From Thermoanaerobaculia bacterium (GTDB lineage Bacteria > Acidobacteriota > Thermoanaerobaculia > Multivoradales > UBA5704): DNA of 64,000 nucleotides. Positions within the stretch are counted from its first letter, which is position 1; each line of letters opens with the position of its first letter. The stretch is taken from positions 9,129 through 73,128 of the forward strand of contig DATFNZ010000229.1 in the NCBI GenBank assembly GCA_035266085.1, written 5' to 3'. Made by a program: the position numbers and the translations under genes. Below, in pieces: positions 17,609-26,743 of this stretch. Below the pieces are notes generated by a model. It had not been told where the DNA came from, searched no databases, and worked only from the letters and a program-made list of their open reading frames with translations.

Positions 17609-18154
17609 ATGCCCATCCATCCGTACCAGGGGCGCTGGCCCACCCTGGGAGCCCGCGTGTTCCTGGCCCCCGGCGCTCACGTGGTGGGTGACGTGACGCT
17701 CGGCGACGACGTGTCGTTCTGGTTTCACACCGCGGCGCGGGGGGACGTCAACTTCATCCGCATCGGCGCGCGGACGAACGTGCAGGACGGCACAATTCTG
17801 CACGTCTCCCACGTCCGGCACCCGCTGGTGATCGGCGAGGGCGTGGTGATCGGCCATCAGGCCGTGGTCCACGGCTGCACGATCGAGGATGGAGCGCTGA
17901 TCGGCATCGGCGCCCGCGTGCTGGACGGGGCGGTGGTGGAGCGCGGCGCCCAGATCGGGGCCGGGGCCGTGGTGGCGCCGGGGCACCGGATACCCGCGGC
18001 TCACCTGGCCCTGGGGATCCCGGCGCGCGTGGCGCGTCCGCTGACGGAAGAAGAGGTGCGGCGGATTGCCGAGACGGCCGACCGCTATGCCGCGCTGAAG
18101 GAGCAGTACCGGGAGACGATGGGTTCGGGAACCGAGGAAAGGGAGATGTCATGA
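17609..18154 (+). CDS. gamma-carbonic-anhydrase-like / hexapeptide-repeat (LbH) protein
   Basis: 'MPIHPYQGRWPTLGARVFLAPGAHVVGDVTLGDDVSFWFHTAARGDVNFIRIGARTNVQDGTILHV'. The track ORF start at 17249 overlaps the GT2 gene on the other strand, so the internal ATG at 17609 is preferred. Confidence 0.85.
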   Translation: MPIHPYQGRWPTLGARVFLAPGAHVVGDVTLGDDVSFWFHTAARGDVNFIRIGARTNVQDGTILHVSHVRHPLVIGEGVVIGHQAVVHGCTIEDGALIGIGARVLDGAVVERGAQIGAGAVVAPGHRIPAAHLALGIPARVARPLTEEEVRRIAETADRYAALKEQYRETMGSGTEEREMS

Positions 18155-19920
18155 AGCGTCGGGGAGCGGGGACGATCACGACCGGGGACGTGGGCAGCCG
18201 GGTGAAGCTCCAGGCCTGGGTGCAGCGGCGCAGGGACCACGGCGGCCTGGTCTTCTTCGACCTGCGGGACCGCAGCGGCGTCGTGCAGGTGGTGCTGCGT
18301 CCCGAGGAGCGCCCCGAGCCCGCCGCCGCGTTGGAGGCCGTGCGCAACGAGTGGGTGGTGGAGGTGGAGGGCGAGGTCGTGCGGCGCGAGGCGGGAAAGG
18401 TCAATCCCGATCTGGCCACGGGGGAGATCGAGGTGGTGGCCGAGCGAGCCGCCGTCCTCTCCCGCTCTGAGCCGCCGCCGTTCGCCCTCGACGGCAAGAA
18501 CGACGCGGCGGAGGAGGTGCGGCTGCGCTACCGCTACCTCGACCTGCGGCGCGCCGAGCTGCAGAAGAACTTCCTGCTGCGCGACCGGGTCGTCCACGAG
18601 ATCCGCAACTACTTCCACGAAAGGGAGTTCGTCGACGTCGAGACGCCGATCCTGACCCGCTCGACCCCCGAGGGCGCGCGCGACTACCTGGTGCCGTCCC
18701 GGGTCAAGCGGGGGAGCTTCTACGCCCTGCCGCAATCGCCCCAGCTCTTCAAGCAGATCCTCATGGTGGCGGGGTTCGAGCGCTACGTCCAGATCGCCCG
18801 CTGCTTCCGCGACGAGGACCTGCGGGCCGACCGCCAGCCCGAGTTCACCCAAGTGGACGTCGAGATGTCCTTCCCTTCGGAGGAGGATATCTACGAGCTC
18901 GTCGAGGGGCTCTTCGCCCGCGTCTTCCCCCTGGCCGGCATCGAGCCGCCGGCCAGCTTCCCGCGCATGACCTATGCCGAGGCCATGGCTCGCTATGGCA
19001 GCGACAAGCCGGACCTGCGCTTCGGCCTGCCGATCGTGGACCTCTCGGAGGGGCTGCGGGAGAGCGGCTTCCGCGGCTTCAAGGAGACGGTGGCCGCGGG
19101 CGGCGTGGTGCGCGGCTTCGTGGTGCCCGGCGCCGCCGAGGCCAGCCGCAAGGATGTCGACGGCTGGGCCGAGGTTGCCCGGCGCTACGGCGCGGCCGGC
19201 GCGCTCACGCTGCGCCGCAAGGGCGGAGAGATCGTCTTCCAGGTCAAGAACGCCCTCACCGAGGCCGAGCTCCAGGGCGCCGCCGAGGCGCTCGGACTAG
19301 AGGAGGGGGGGCTCGCCCTGATCGTCGCGGCTCCCGAGAAGGTCGCCGCCGCTGCCCTGGGCGCCCTGCGGCTGGAGCTGGCCAAGGCCTACAAGCTGAT
19401 CCCCCCGGGGAGCCACGCCTTCCTATGGGTGACCGAGTTCCCCCTGCTCGAATGGGACGCGGAGGCGGGCCGCTTCTTCGCCATGCATCACCCGTTCACC
19501 AGTCCCGACCCGCGCGACCTGGACCGGCTGGAGAGCGATCCCGGCTCGGTGCGCGCCCGCGCCTACGACGTGGTGATGGACGGTATGGAGCTCGGCGGCG
19601 GCTCGATCCGCATCCACGACACGGCGCTCCAGAGCCGGATGTTCAAGCTCCTGGGCATCAGCGCCGAGGAGGCGGAGGCCCGCTTCGGCTTCTTCCTGGA
19701 GGCGCTGCGCTACGGCGCTCCGCCCCATGGCGGTATCGCCTTGGGGGTGGACCGCATGGTGATGCTGCTCGCCGGTGCCAGCTCCCTGCGCGACGTGATC
19801 GCCTTCCCCAAGACGGCCTCGGCGACGGACCTGATGACGGACGCGCCATCCGTGGTGGACGAGAAGCAGTTGCGGGAGCTGGGGATCGCCCTGGCGAGGG
19901 AAGATCGAAAAGAAACCTGA
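18151..19920 (+). CDS. aspS: aspartate--tRNA ligase
   Basis: 'VFFDLRDRSGVVQVV', 'FYALPQSPQLFKQ', 'QIARCFRDEDLRADRQPEFTQVD' and 'GGGSIRIH' are class IIb AspRS motifs. Its start overlaps the upstream stop (ATGA). Confidence 0.95.
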   Translation: MKRRGAGTITTGDVGSRVKLQAWVQRRRDHGGLVFFDLRDRSGVVQVVLRPEERPEPAAALEAVRNEWVVEVEGEVVRREAGKVNPDLATGEIEVVAERAAVLSRSEPPPFALDGKNDAAEEVRLRYRYLDLRRAELQKNFLLRDRVVHEIRNYFHEREFVDVETPILTRSTPEGARDYLVPSRVKRGSFYALPQSPQLFKQILMVAGFERYVQIARCFRDEDLRADRQPEFTQVDVEMSFPSEEDIYELVEGLFARVFPLAGIEPPASFPRMTYAEAMARYGSDKPDLRFGLPIVDLSEGLRESGFRGFKETVAAGGVVRGFVVPGAAEASRKDVDGWAEVARRYGAAGALTLRRKGGEIVFQVKNALTEAELQGAAEALGLEEGGLALIVAAPEKVAAAALGALRLELAKAYKLIPPGSHAFLWVTEFPLLEWDAEAGRFFAMHHPFTSPDPRDLDRLESDPGSVRARAYDVVMDGMELGGGSIRIHDTALQSRMFKLLGISAEEAEARFGFFLEALRYGAPPHGGIALGVDRMVMLLAGASSLRDVIAFPKTASATDLMTDAPSVVDEKQLRELGIALAREDRKET

Positions 19921-20000
19921 ACGCCGCTCGATCCCCGCTTTTCGCAAGAATGGCAGGGATCTCGCAGAAAGATGTAGCGGAAGAGGAGGAAAGAGCACCG

Positions 20001-21098
20001 ATGCAAGCAGCGCGACCCAAGTTTTCCCGGGAGAGATTGTTCCAACAGGATCTGCAGACGCGTGTCGAGGAGCGGCTCGCCGCCCTGGGCAAAGCGAAGT
20101 ATGGCGGTCTGCAGATCTATTCCAAGACGGTGCTGCTCCTGGTTTGGGCTGGCGCTTCGTACGCGGGCCTGGTGACCGCCGACCGGTGGTGGCAGATGTT
20201 GCCGCTGGCGGTGTCGATGGGGCTGGCCCTCGCGGCGATCGGCTTCAACATCGGCCACGACGGTAACCATGGCGCCTTTTCGTCGGTGCGGGTGACGAAC
20301 CGGATCATGGGCGGAATGTACGATTTCCTCGGCGTCAGCTCCTACGTCTGGCGGTGGAAGCACAACGTCTTCCACCACAGCTACCCCAACGTCCACGGGT
20401 TGGACGACGACATCGACCTCGGCGCCCTCTGCCGGATGTCGCACCACCAGCGGCACCTCCCGCACCAGCGCCTGCAGCACCTCTATATGTGGGTCTTGTA
20501 TGGCCTGATCGTGCCTAAATGGCAGTTCTACGACGACTTCATGTCCCTTTCCCGGGGTCGCATCGGCGATCACTCGTTTCCTCGGCCCCGGGGATTCGAG
20601 CTGGCGCTCTTCGTGGGGGGCAAGCTGGCGTTCTTCACCTGGGCGCTACTGCTGCCCGCTCTGTTCCATCCCTTTCTGGTGGTAGCGCTCGTCTACCTCT
20701 TCGTCTCGCTGGTCCAGGGCGTCACGCTCAGCATCGTCTTCCAGCTCGCCCATTCGAACGAGGAGACCCATTCCTTCTCGTCGGAGGACAACGGGGTGGT
20801 GGCGAATCGCGAGTGGGCCATCCACCAGGTGGAGACGACGGCGAACTTCGCCCGAAGAAACCGGTTCCTCACCTGGTACGTCGGCGGCCTCAACCACCAG
20901 ATCGAGCACCATCTCTTCCCGCGGCTCAGCCACGTCCACCTGCCGGCTATCGCCGATGTGGTCGAGCGGGTCTGCCGGGATCACGGGATCCGCTACAACG
21001 ACCATGCGACCTTCAGGGGCGCCGTCGCCTCCCACTTCAAATGGCTCCGCTCGATGGGGAGACCGCCGGAGGTTGTGGCGGACGCGGAAGCGGCCTGA
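20001..21098 (+). CDS. membrane fatty-acid desaturase (three His-box family)
   Basis: His boxes 'HDGNHG', 'HNVFHH' and 'QIEHHLFP'. I prefer the start at ATG 20001, after the aspS stop. The track start at 19425 lies inside aspS. Confidence 0.85.
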   Translation: MQAARPKFSRERLFQQDLQTRVEERLAALGKAKYGGLQIYSKTVLLLVWAGASYAGLVTADRWWQMLPLAVSMGLALAAIGFNIGHDGNHGAFSSVRVTNRIMGGMYDFLGVSSYVWRWKHNVFHHSYPNVHGLDDDIDLGALCRMSHHQRHLPHQRLQHLYMWVLYGLIVPKWQFYDDFMSLSRGRIGDHSFPRPRGFELALFVGGKLAFFTWALLLPALFHPFLVVALVYLFVSLVQGVTLSIVFQLAHSNEETHSFSSEDNGVVANREWAIHQVETTANFARRNRFLTWYVGGLNHQIEHHLFPRLSHVHLPAIADVVERVCRDHGIRYNDHATFRGAVASHFKWLRSMGRPPEVVADAEAA

Positions 21099-21134
21099 AG
21101 GCGTCGCCAAAGAAAGGAAAAGAGACCCGGGAAG

Positions 21135-21143
21135 TGGTATCAT
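21135..21143 (+). promoter_or_regulatory. extended -10-like element TGgTATCAT, 6 nt upstream of the ATG (leaderless-type layout)
   Basis: TGnTATCAT ends at 21143 and the ATG is at 21150. The same element is duplicated at 22055..22063. Confidence 0.35.
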
Positions 21144-21149
21144 CGGTGC

Positions 21150-21551
21150 ATGAAGACCGGCGCCGCGCGCAGGCTCGACCCCGAACCGCACGATGATCCC
21201 ACTCCCGAGACGTTCCTTGAGGAGATCCAACGGATCTTTGAGTCGGGGACTTTGCGTGGCGCGCGTGAGGTCGCCGCAGAAGGGCTCAACCTCTATCCCG
21301 ATCATGCCGAGCTTCGGCGTCTCCATCATGCCTTGAGACCCACGGAAGTGCGGATGCTCCCGGGATACAAAATTCCGGACCGGCAGGACACCTTTGAATG
21401 GATCCGGGACAAGGCGGAGAGCTACCGCGGTCAGTGGGTTGCCGTGCTCGGAACCGATCCGATCGCGGCCTCGCCGGACCTCGAAGAGGTGCGCCAGGCT
21501 GTTCGGTCCAGAAAGCTCCCGGCTCGGCCTCTTTTCCACTCCTTTGACTGA
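21150..21551 (+). CDS. small protein with helical N-terminus and DUF5678-like C-terminus (module copy 1, gene A)
   Basis: 133 aa. 'YRGQWVAVLGTDPIAASPDLEEVRQAV' resembles the DUF5678 pattern (G-x-W-V-A...V...D..EE). It is a paralogue of 22071..22469. Confidence 0.5.
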   Translation: MKTGAARRLDPEPHDDPTPETFLEEIQRIFESGTLRGAREVAAEGLNLYPDHAELRRLHHALRPTEVRMLPGYKIPDRQDTFEWIRDKAESYRGQWVAVLGTDPIAASPDLEEVRQAVRSRKLPARPLFHSFD

Positions 21552-22001
21552 AAAATCGATCCTGCCCGGGTGGGGGCGCCGGCCGTTCGCAACGGGTGTG
21601 TCCCGGTACGCCGACCACGAGGCGAAGGCTCTGGAGCCGGTTCCCCGGATTCGTCTTGAAGTCACGCCAGGGTTGCTCGAAGAGCCTGTGCTGGCCATGG
21701 TTGACACGGCTGCCCCTTGGTGCATTTTGCTCCTGCCATAGGGGAGTCTCTTCAGAGGGACTTCAGCCCCATTTCCGGAGGATTGTCCCTGAGCACGCGC
21801 TTGGGTTCCTTCAAAGGGCGTCTGTACCTTGTCCCCGTTATCCTTCCTGCCCGGGAAGGAGAGTCCATGGTCCTCGATGCGACGGTATTAGTCAGCCAGG
21901 ATTGGTTTGGTGGGAGCTTCATAGGCTACGAGGGGCTGCTCCAGAGGATCCGCTTCGCCGTCGATCCGGAGACGAACCTTTTCTACTTCGGCCAGATCTG
22001 A
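21544..22001 (+). pseudogene. retropepsin-like protein, frameshifted (module copy 1, gene B)
   Basis: It is split into 21544..21741 (TTG start overlapping the gene A stop; ends ...VDTAAPWCILLLP*) and 21717..22001. Alignment to the intact paralogue at 22466..22924 shows one base missing in the T-run at about 21725-21729. Confidence 0.6.
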
Positions 22002-22054
22002 AGCGTTCAGTGTGGAGATGCAGTTGCAGGACTTGGAAAAAGGAACCCGGGAAA

Positions 22055-22063
22055 TGGTATTAT
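22055..22063 (+). promoter_or_regulatory. extended -10-like element TGgTATTAT, 7 nt upstream of the ATG (leaderless-type layout)
   Basis: TGnTATTAT ends at 22063 and the ATG is at 22071. Confidence 0.35.
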
Positions 22064-22070
22064 CGACGCC

Positions 22071-22469
22071 ATGAAGACCGGTGCCGCGCGCAGGCTCGAC
22101 CCCGAACCGTACGATGCTCCCACTCCCGAGACGTTCCTCGAGGAGATTCGGAGGATCATTGAGTCGGGAACCCTACAGGGTGCGCGTGAGGTCGCCGCAC
22201 AGGGGCTCGTCCACTTCCCGGATCATGCCGAGCTTCAGCGTCTCCACTACGAGTTGAGGCCGTTCGAGGTGCGAGTCAATCCGAGCTTCAAGCTTTCCGA
22301 TCCACGCCCTTCATACGAGTGGCTCAAGAAGAATGCGAAGGCCTTCCGCGGCAAGTGGGTAGGCCTTGATAAAGGCGAACTCGTCGCGGCCGCCGATACC
22401 TTGGAAGAAGTTCTCCAAGCCCTTCAGGACCGAGATCCGGTCGATACTCTCGTTCACCACATCCATTGA
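22071..22469 (+). CDS. small protein with helical N-terminus and DUF5678-like C-terminus (module copy 2, gene A)
   Basis: 132 aa. The first ~45 aa are near-identical to copy 1. 'FRGKWVGLDKGELVAAADTLEEVLQAL'. Confidence 0.5.
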   Translation: MKTGAARRLDPEPYDAPTPETFLEEIRRIIESGTLQGAREVAAQGLVHFPDHAELQRLHYELRPFEVRVNPSFKLSDPRPSYEWLKKNAKAFRGKWVGLDKGELVAAADTLEEVLQALQDRDPVDTLVHHIH

Positions 22470-22924
22470 TCGGCACTCCACCCCTCCTCGGTAGGGACCG
22501 GACCCCATTCGCAACGGGGCTGGCGTACTATGTCGACATCGACAAGGCATACCCCAATCTGGATGCGCGAATTCTGGTCCGTGTAGCGACGAGTCTTTTG
22601 CCTGAACCCGTTCTTGTGGTCGTCGACACGGCTGCTCCTTGGTGCATTTTCGAGCCTGAATTAGGAAAAATCCTCAGGCGGACTTTGACTCCAATTCAAG
22701 GGAGAGTCACCCTGAGTACACGGCTCGGGTTGCTCCATGGAGCTCTCTATCGGGTTCCCCTCTCGTTTTCCGCTGACGAGGGGGAGTCCCTCGATTTGGA
22801 GGCCACCGTCTTCCTGAGCCCCGACTGGACCGGTCCGAACTTCATCGGCTATCAGGGCCTGCTCCAGAGGATCCGCTTCGCCGTCGACCCCGACGCCAAT
22901 CTCTTCTACTTCGGCCAGATCTGA
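22466..22924 (+). CDS. retropepsin-like (clan AA-like) protein with DTAA in place of DT/SGA (module copy 2, gene B)
   Basis: 152 aa. 'VLVVVDTAAPW' sits at the position of the hydrophobic-hydrophobic-D-T/S-G-A motif. The C-terminal 'NFIGYQGLLQRIRFAVDP' resembles the retropepsin ILGxDFL...xID motif. The TTG start overlaps the gene A stop (TTGA). Confidence 0.5.
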   Translation: MIGTPPLLGRDRTPFATGLAYYVDIDKAYPNLDARILVRVATSLLPEPVLVVVDTAAPWCIFEPELGKILRRTLTPIQGRVTLSTRLGLLHGALYRVPLSFSADEGESLDLEATVFLSPDWTGPNFIGYQGLLQRIRFAVDPDANLFYFGQI

Positions 22925-22974
22925 TCTCTCCCCGGGGCGCCGAAGGGTCTCCATGGTGTATCGTTCGGCTTCAC

Positions 22975-24090
22975 ATGGACCCGTCTTCCGGCCTTACGCA
23001 CCTCCGGCTCCACCGTCCGGACGGCATGACTCCCGTCGTGGTGGGGGAGGGTGCCCTGTCCGCCGTCTTGCCCGAGTTGCAGGGTTGGCTCGCTAGGCGC
23101 ACGGCTTTCGTCGTTACGACCGGCCGGGTGCTGGCGCTTCATGGCGAGCGGCTCGACGCCCTCTCCCGGGCCGCCGGCCGTTGGGTGATTCTGGAGGTGG
23201 AGGAGGGGGAGCCCGCTAAGACGGTCGCCTCGGCCGAGCGGCTGTGGAACGAGATGCTCGCCGCCGGCGGCAAGCGTGACAGCCGGGTCATCGCCTTCGG
23301 CGGCGGCAGCGTGGGCGACCTCGCCGGCTTCGCGGCCGGGTGCTTCCTGCGCGGCATCGACTTCGTCCAGATCCCCACCACCCTCCTGGCCCAGGTGGAC
23401 GCCTCGATCGGCGGCAAGACGGGCGTCGATCTGGACGGCGGCAAGAACACCGTCGGCCTGTTCCATCATCCGTCGATGGTCGTCTGTGACACCGGCCTCC
23501 TGCCGACGCTGCCTCGAGAGGAGCTGCGCTCGGGACTCGTGGAGGTGATCAAGATGGCCGCCCTCCTCGATCCGGACCTCTTCGAGCGGGTCGAGCAGCA
23601 GCTCGACACTCTTCTCGAGGGCGATCCGGAAGCCCTGGGGCCCGTGGTCGCGGCCGCCGCGGCGGCGAAGATCGGCGTGGTCGAACGGGACCCGACCGAG
23701 CAGGGAGACCGCCGGCTGCTCAACTTCGGCCATACCCTCGGGCATGCCATCGAGACGTCGAGCGGCTACGCCGGGCTGCGCCACGGCGAGGCGGTGGGCT
23801 ACGGCTTCCTCTTCGCCCTGCGCCTGGCCTTGCGCCGCGGCCTCCCGCCCCAGGACGCGGCGCGCATGCACGCCCTGGTCCGGCGCCTGGACCTGCCGCC
23901 GCTGCCGGCGCTCGTTGCCGAGGATCTGATGGCCGCCATGGCCCGGGACAAGAAGGCACGGGAGTCCGGCCTGGTCTGGGTTCTCCCGCGGTCTCTGGGG
24001 GAGGGCCGGATGGTCGGCGGGATCTCGACCGAGGAGGTCCTGACCGAGCTGCAGGACTTCCTGCGCGACCCGCTACGGCCTTCGGTTTAG
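22975..24090 (+). CDS. aroB: 3-dehydroquinate synthase
   Basis: 'GGGSVGDLAGFAA', 'IPTTLLAQVDASIGGKTGVD', 'NFGHTLGHAIE'. Confidence 0.9.
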   Translation: MDPSSGLTHLRLHRPDGMTPVVVGEGALSAVLPELQGWLARRTAFVVTTGRVLALHGERLDALSRAAGRWVILEVEEGEPAKTVASAERLWNEMLAAGGKRDSRVIAFGGGSVGDLAGFAAGCFLRGIDFVQIPTTLLAQVDASIGGKTGVDLDGGKNTVGLFHHPSMVVCDTGLLPTLPREELRSGLVEVIKMAALLDPDLFERVEQQLDTLLEGDPEALGPVVAAAAAAKIGVVERDPTEQGDRRLLNFGHTLGHAIETSSGYAGLRHGEAVGYGFLFALRLALRRGLPPQDAARMHALVRRLDLPPLPALVAEDLMAAMARDKKARESGLVWVLPRSLGEGRMVGGISTEEVLTELQDFLRDPLRPSV

Positions 24091-24176
24091 GAAATTCTCT
24101 TTTTCATCCGCGCGAGCTCCCCGCGCGTATCCCATTCAGGCTATAATCTCGCCAAGAGCTTTCATAGCCAGTCGAC

Positions 24177-25955
24177 ATGAAAACAAGCCGAAGCTTTCTT
24201 CGCCGCCTCAAGCTGCGGACTGTCCTAGTCGTAGCGCTTCTCCTATCCGGAATCATTCCTCTCGGGATCAGCAGCGCCCTGCTCATCCAGCAGAGCCTCG
24301 ACGTCCTGAAGAACACCGAACGCGACAATCTGACCAACGAGGCGAAGTCGCTCTCTTTGGGAGTGAGCTCCTATCTGGTCTCGGTGCGGCGGCAGCTCAC
24401 CCAGTTCGGCAACGGCGTTCTGGTGGCGCCGGGGCCGGCGGACACGGCGGAGCGCCTGCTGGAGCCGTGGGTGCAGCAGCAGCTCCAGGGATTCGCGCGC
24501 GGCAACCCGGACATCTCGGCCTTGCGCGTGCTCGACCCGGACGGCGCGGGCCTGAGCCCTGGCAACCTGAGCCCCGAGGTTCAGTCCGCCATGGACGCGG
24601 CCTTCGACGAGGCGCGGCGCCGCAAGGCCCCCGCCTATCGCTTCGTCGCCGCGGGGCCGGGGCGCGATCCCCAGGCGGTGGTGGCGGTGCCGGTGCCGGG
24701 GGGCTCCGTGGAGCCCCGGCTGATCGTCGAGGCGCAGCTCCAGTTCCATCCCCTCAAGCAGGTCTCGCGGGATGGGGCGCGCAAGGGTGTGGGCGTGTTC
24801 CTGATCGACCGGCAGAGCAAGATCCTGTGGTCGAACTCCGGCGGACCGGGCGGCCCCGGCAGAAAGTCGGCGGAGATCAACCCGGAGCTCCTGCGGTCGT
24901 TCTCCAAGATGCCGGTGACGCTGACCTCGAGCTACGAGGTGCGCACCCCCGAGGGACTCCGCGAGGTCTTCGCCCAGGTGAGCTCCATCGAGGAGAGCGG
25001 CTGGGGGCTGGTGGTGCAGAAGCCTCTCTCGGAAGCCTTCGCCGACGTCAACACCATGATCTTCAACGCCGCCCTGTCGACCGCCCTGCTGGTCGCCCTC
25101 TCCCTGTTCTTCGCCTATCTGGCGGCGCGGTGGGTGAGCCACCCCATCCAGCGGCTGGCCGAGACCACGCACGAGATCGCCGACGGCAACTTCGGTGGCA
25201 ACGTGGAGATGAAGGGGCTCACCTTCGAGCTGGCCGACCTGGCGGAGGACTTCAACCGCATGAGCGGCCATGTCGCCAGCTACGTACAGCAGCTCCGGCA
25301 GGCGGCGCAGGCCAACCGCGAGCTGTTCATCGGCTCCCTGCGCGCCTTCGTTGCGGCCGTCGACGCCAAGGACCCCTACACCCGCGGCCACTCCGAGCGG
25401 GTTGCGGCCTACAGCCGCACCATCGCCCGCTACCTGCAGCTCCCCGAGGAGGTGCAGCACAAGATCTGGATCGGCGCGCTGCTCCACGACGTGGGCAAGA
25501 TCGGCGTCGAGGACCGCATCCTCCGCAAGGAGGGCGTGCTCCTCCCTGAGGAGTACGAGCAGATGAAGCTGCACACCGTGATGGGCGCCGACATCATGAC
25601 TCCCATCGAGCAGTTGAGGGAGATGATCCCCGCCATCCGCTCGCACCATGAGGCGTGGAACGGCCGCGGCTATCCGGATGGTCTCAAGGGGGAGCAGATC
25701 CCTCTCTTCGCCCGCATCATCGGCGTCGCCGACACCTTCGACGCCATCACCACCAACCGTCCCTACCAGCAGGCCTACAGCCTGCAATTCGCGGTGGAGA
25801 CGATCACCCGTCTGACCGGCAGCCGTTTCGACGCCAAGATCGTGACCGCCTTCCTCCGGGCTTTCGAGGCCGGCGAGATCCGTGCCGGCGCGGCGCGTCC
25901 CTCGCGCCTCGACAGCACCGTGGTCGAAGCGCGGGCGGCGGGCGGCGGGCGCTGA
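24177..25955 (+). CDS. membrane sensor protein: periplasmic Cache-like domain, HAMP, HD-GYP phosphodiesterase
   Basis: An N-terminal TM segment and periplasmic region are followed by a second TM plus HAMP ('HPIQRLAETTHEIADGNF'). 'HDVGKIGV...HHEAWNGRGYPDGL' is the HD-GYP signature. Confidence 0.85.
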   Translation: MKTSRSFLRRLKLRTVLVVALLLSGIIPLGISSALLIQQSLDVLKNTERDNLTNEAKSLSLGVSSYLVSVRRQLTQFGNGVLVAPGPADTAERLLEPWVQQQLQGFARGNPDISALRVLDPDGAGLSPGNLSPEVQSAMDAAFDEARRRKAPAYRFVAAGPGRDPQAVVAVPVPGGSVEPRLIVEAQLQFHPLKQVSRDGARKGVGVFLIDRQSKILWSNSGGPGGPGRKSAEINPELLRSFSKMPVTLTSSYEVRTPEGLREVFAQVSSIEESGWGLVVQKPLSEAFADVNTMIFNAALSTALLVALSLFFAYLAARWVSHPIQRLAETTHEIADGNFGGNVEMKGLTFELADLAEDFNRMSGHVASYVQQLRQAAQANRELFIGSLRAFVAAVDAKDPYTRGHSERVAAYSRTIARYLQLPEEVQHKIWIGALLHDVGKIGVEDRILRKEGVLLPEEYEQMKLHTVMGADIMTPIEQLREMIPAIRSHHEAWNGRGYPDGLKGEQIPLFARIIGVADTFDAITTNRPYQQAYSLQFAVETITRLTGSRFDAKIVTAFLRAFEAGEIRAGAARPSRLDSTVVEARAAGGGR

Positions 25956-25970
25956 GGAGCCGTATTCCTG

Positions 25971-26333
25971 GTGTTTCAGTTCGTCCTTGCAAATCTGCTT
26001 GCCAATAACGACCACGCCTTGGGCGCCATTTTCCTCGACGGCACCGGCGAGACGGTGGACCTCGCCTGCGGCACCGACTTCAGCCCCTACGAGATGCGCG
26101 TCATCGGCGCCTATCTCGGCATCTACCTCCGTCAGCTCGACAGGGTCCTGGCCAACAACGACCTGGGCGAGCCGCGGATGATCCACATCGAGAAGAAGGC
26201 CGTCCACATCTACGTCGTCCCCCTCCCGGACGGCTACCACCTGGCCCTGGTCCAGAGCCACCCAGCCCTGGTGGCCCGCGCCCGCGACACTCTCAACGAG
26301 GCGGTCGAGCAGCTCAGGCAGGAGCTGTTCTAG
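25971..26333 (+). CDS. small cytoplasmic protein, Roadblock/LC7 (MglB)-like suspected
   Basis: 120 aa. The alternating beta/alpha pattern 'GAIFLDGTGETVD...VHIYVVPLPDGYHLALV' resembles Roadblock/LC7. It lies 15 nt after the HD-GYP gene. Confidence 0.4.
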   Translation: MFQFVLANLLANNDHALGAIFLDGTGETVDLACGTDFSPYEMRVIGAYLGIYLRQLDRVLANNDLGEPRMIHIEKKAVHIYVVPLPDGYHLALVQSHPALVARARDTLNEAVEQLRQELF

Positions 26334-26365
26334 GGCTCAGGCGCTATCAGAAGGACCAGGAACGA

Positions 26366-26403
26366 ACCGCCGCGCCGAGGCGTCACGGGCTCGGCGCGAC
26401 GGT
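26366..26403. terminator. GC-rich hairpin between convergent genes (probable bidirectional terminator)
   Basis: 9-bp perfect stem CGCGCCGAG/CTCGGCGCG (26371-79 / 26390-98), extended by 4 further pairs. It lies between the stops at 26333 (+) and 26413 (-). Confidence 0.5.
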
Positions 26404-26412
26404 TGAGCTTCT

Positions 26413-26712
26413 TCAACGTCGAGGAGCCCTGGGCACCTCGACGAGCGTCCGCTTGACGGAATCGACTTGATAATGGGAGTCCGCGTTGATGCTGCGCGGA
26501 TCGACGCGTAGCGGCGAGAGCCTCTGGCCGGTATCGCTGCCGCGGTGTCCGGCCAGCTCCAAGGCTTCCCGTTCGATCGCCGCGTCGTCTGGATGAGCAC
26601 CGCCGCGCGAGGTCACTACCTGGTGAGTATGAACGACGGTGCCCGTCGATTCGTCATAGACGACCACCATGCTCCAGCGTTCGACGTCTCCGATTGCTTC
26701 CTGGTTCGCCAT
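26413..26712 (-). CDS. hypothetical small protein
   Basis: 99 aa from ATG 26712 (MANQEAIGDVERW...). Composition is normal in a lower-G+C islet, and it lies downstream of 26744..27049. No family was recognised. Confidence 0.4.
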   Translation of the reverse strand: MANQEAIGDVERWSMVVVYDESTGTVVHTHQVVTSRGGAHPDDAAIEREALELAGHRGSDTGQRLSPLRVDPRSINADSHYQVDSVKRTLVEVPRAPRR

Positions 26713-26743
26713 GGTTTGCTCCAATCTTGGAAAGGTCCCCGGT

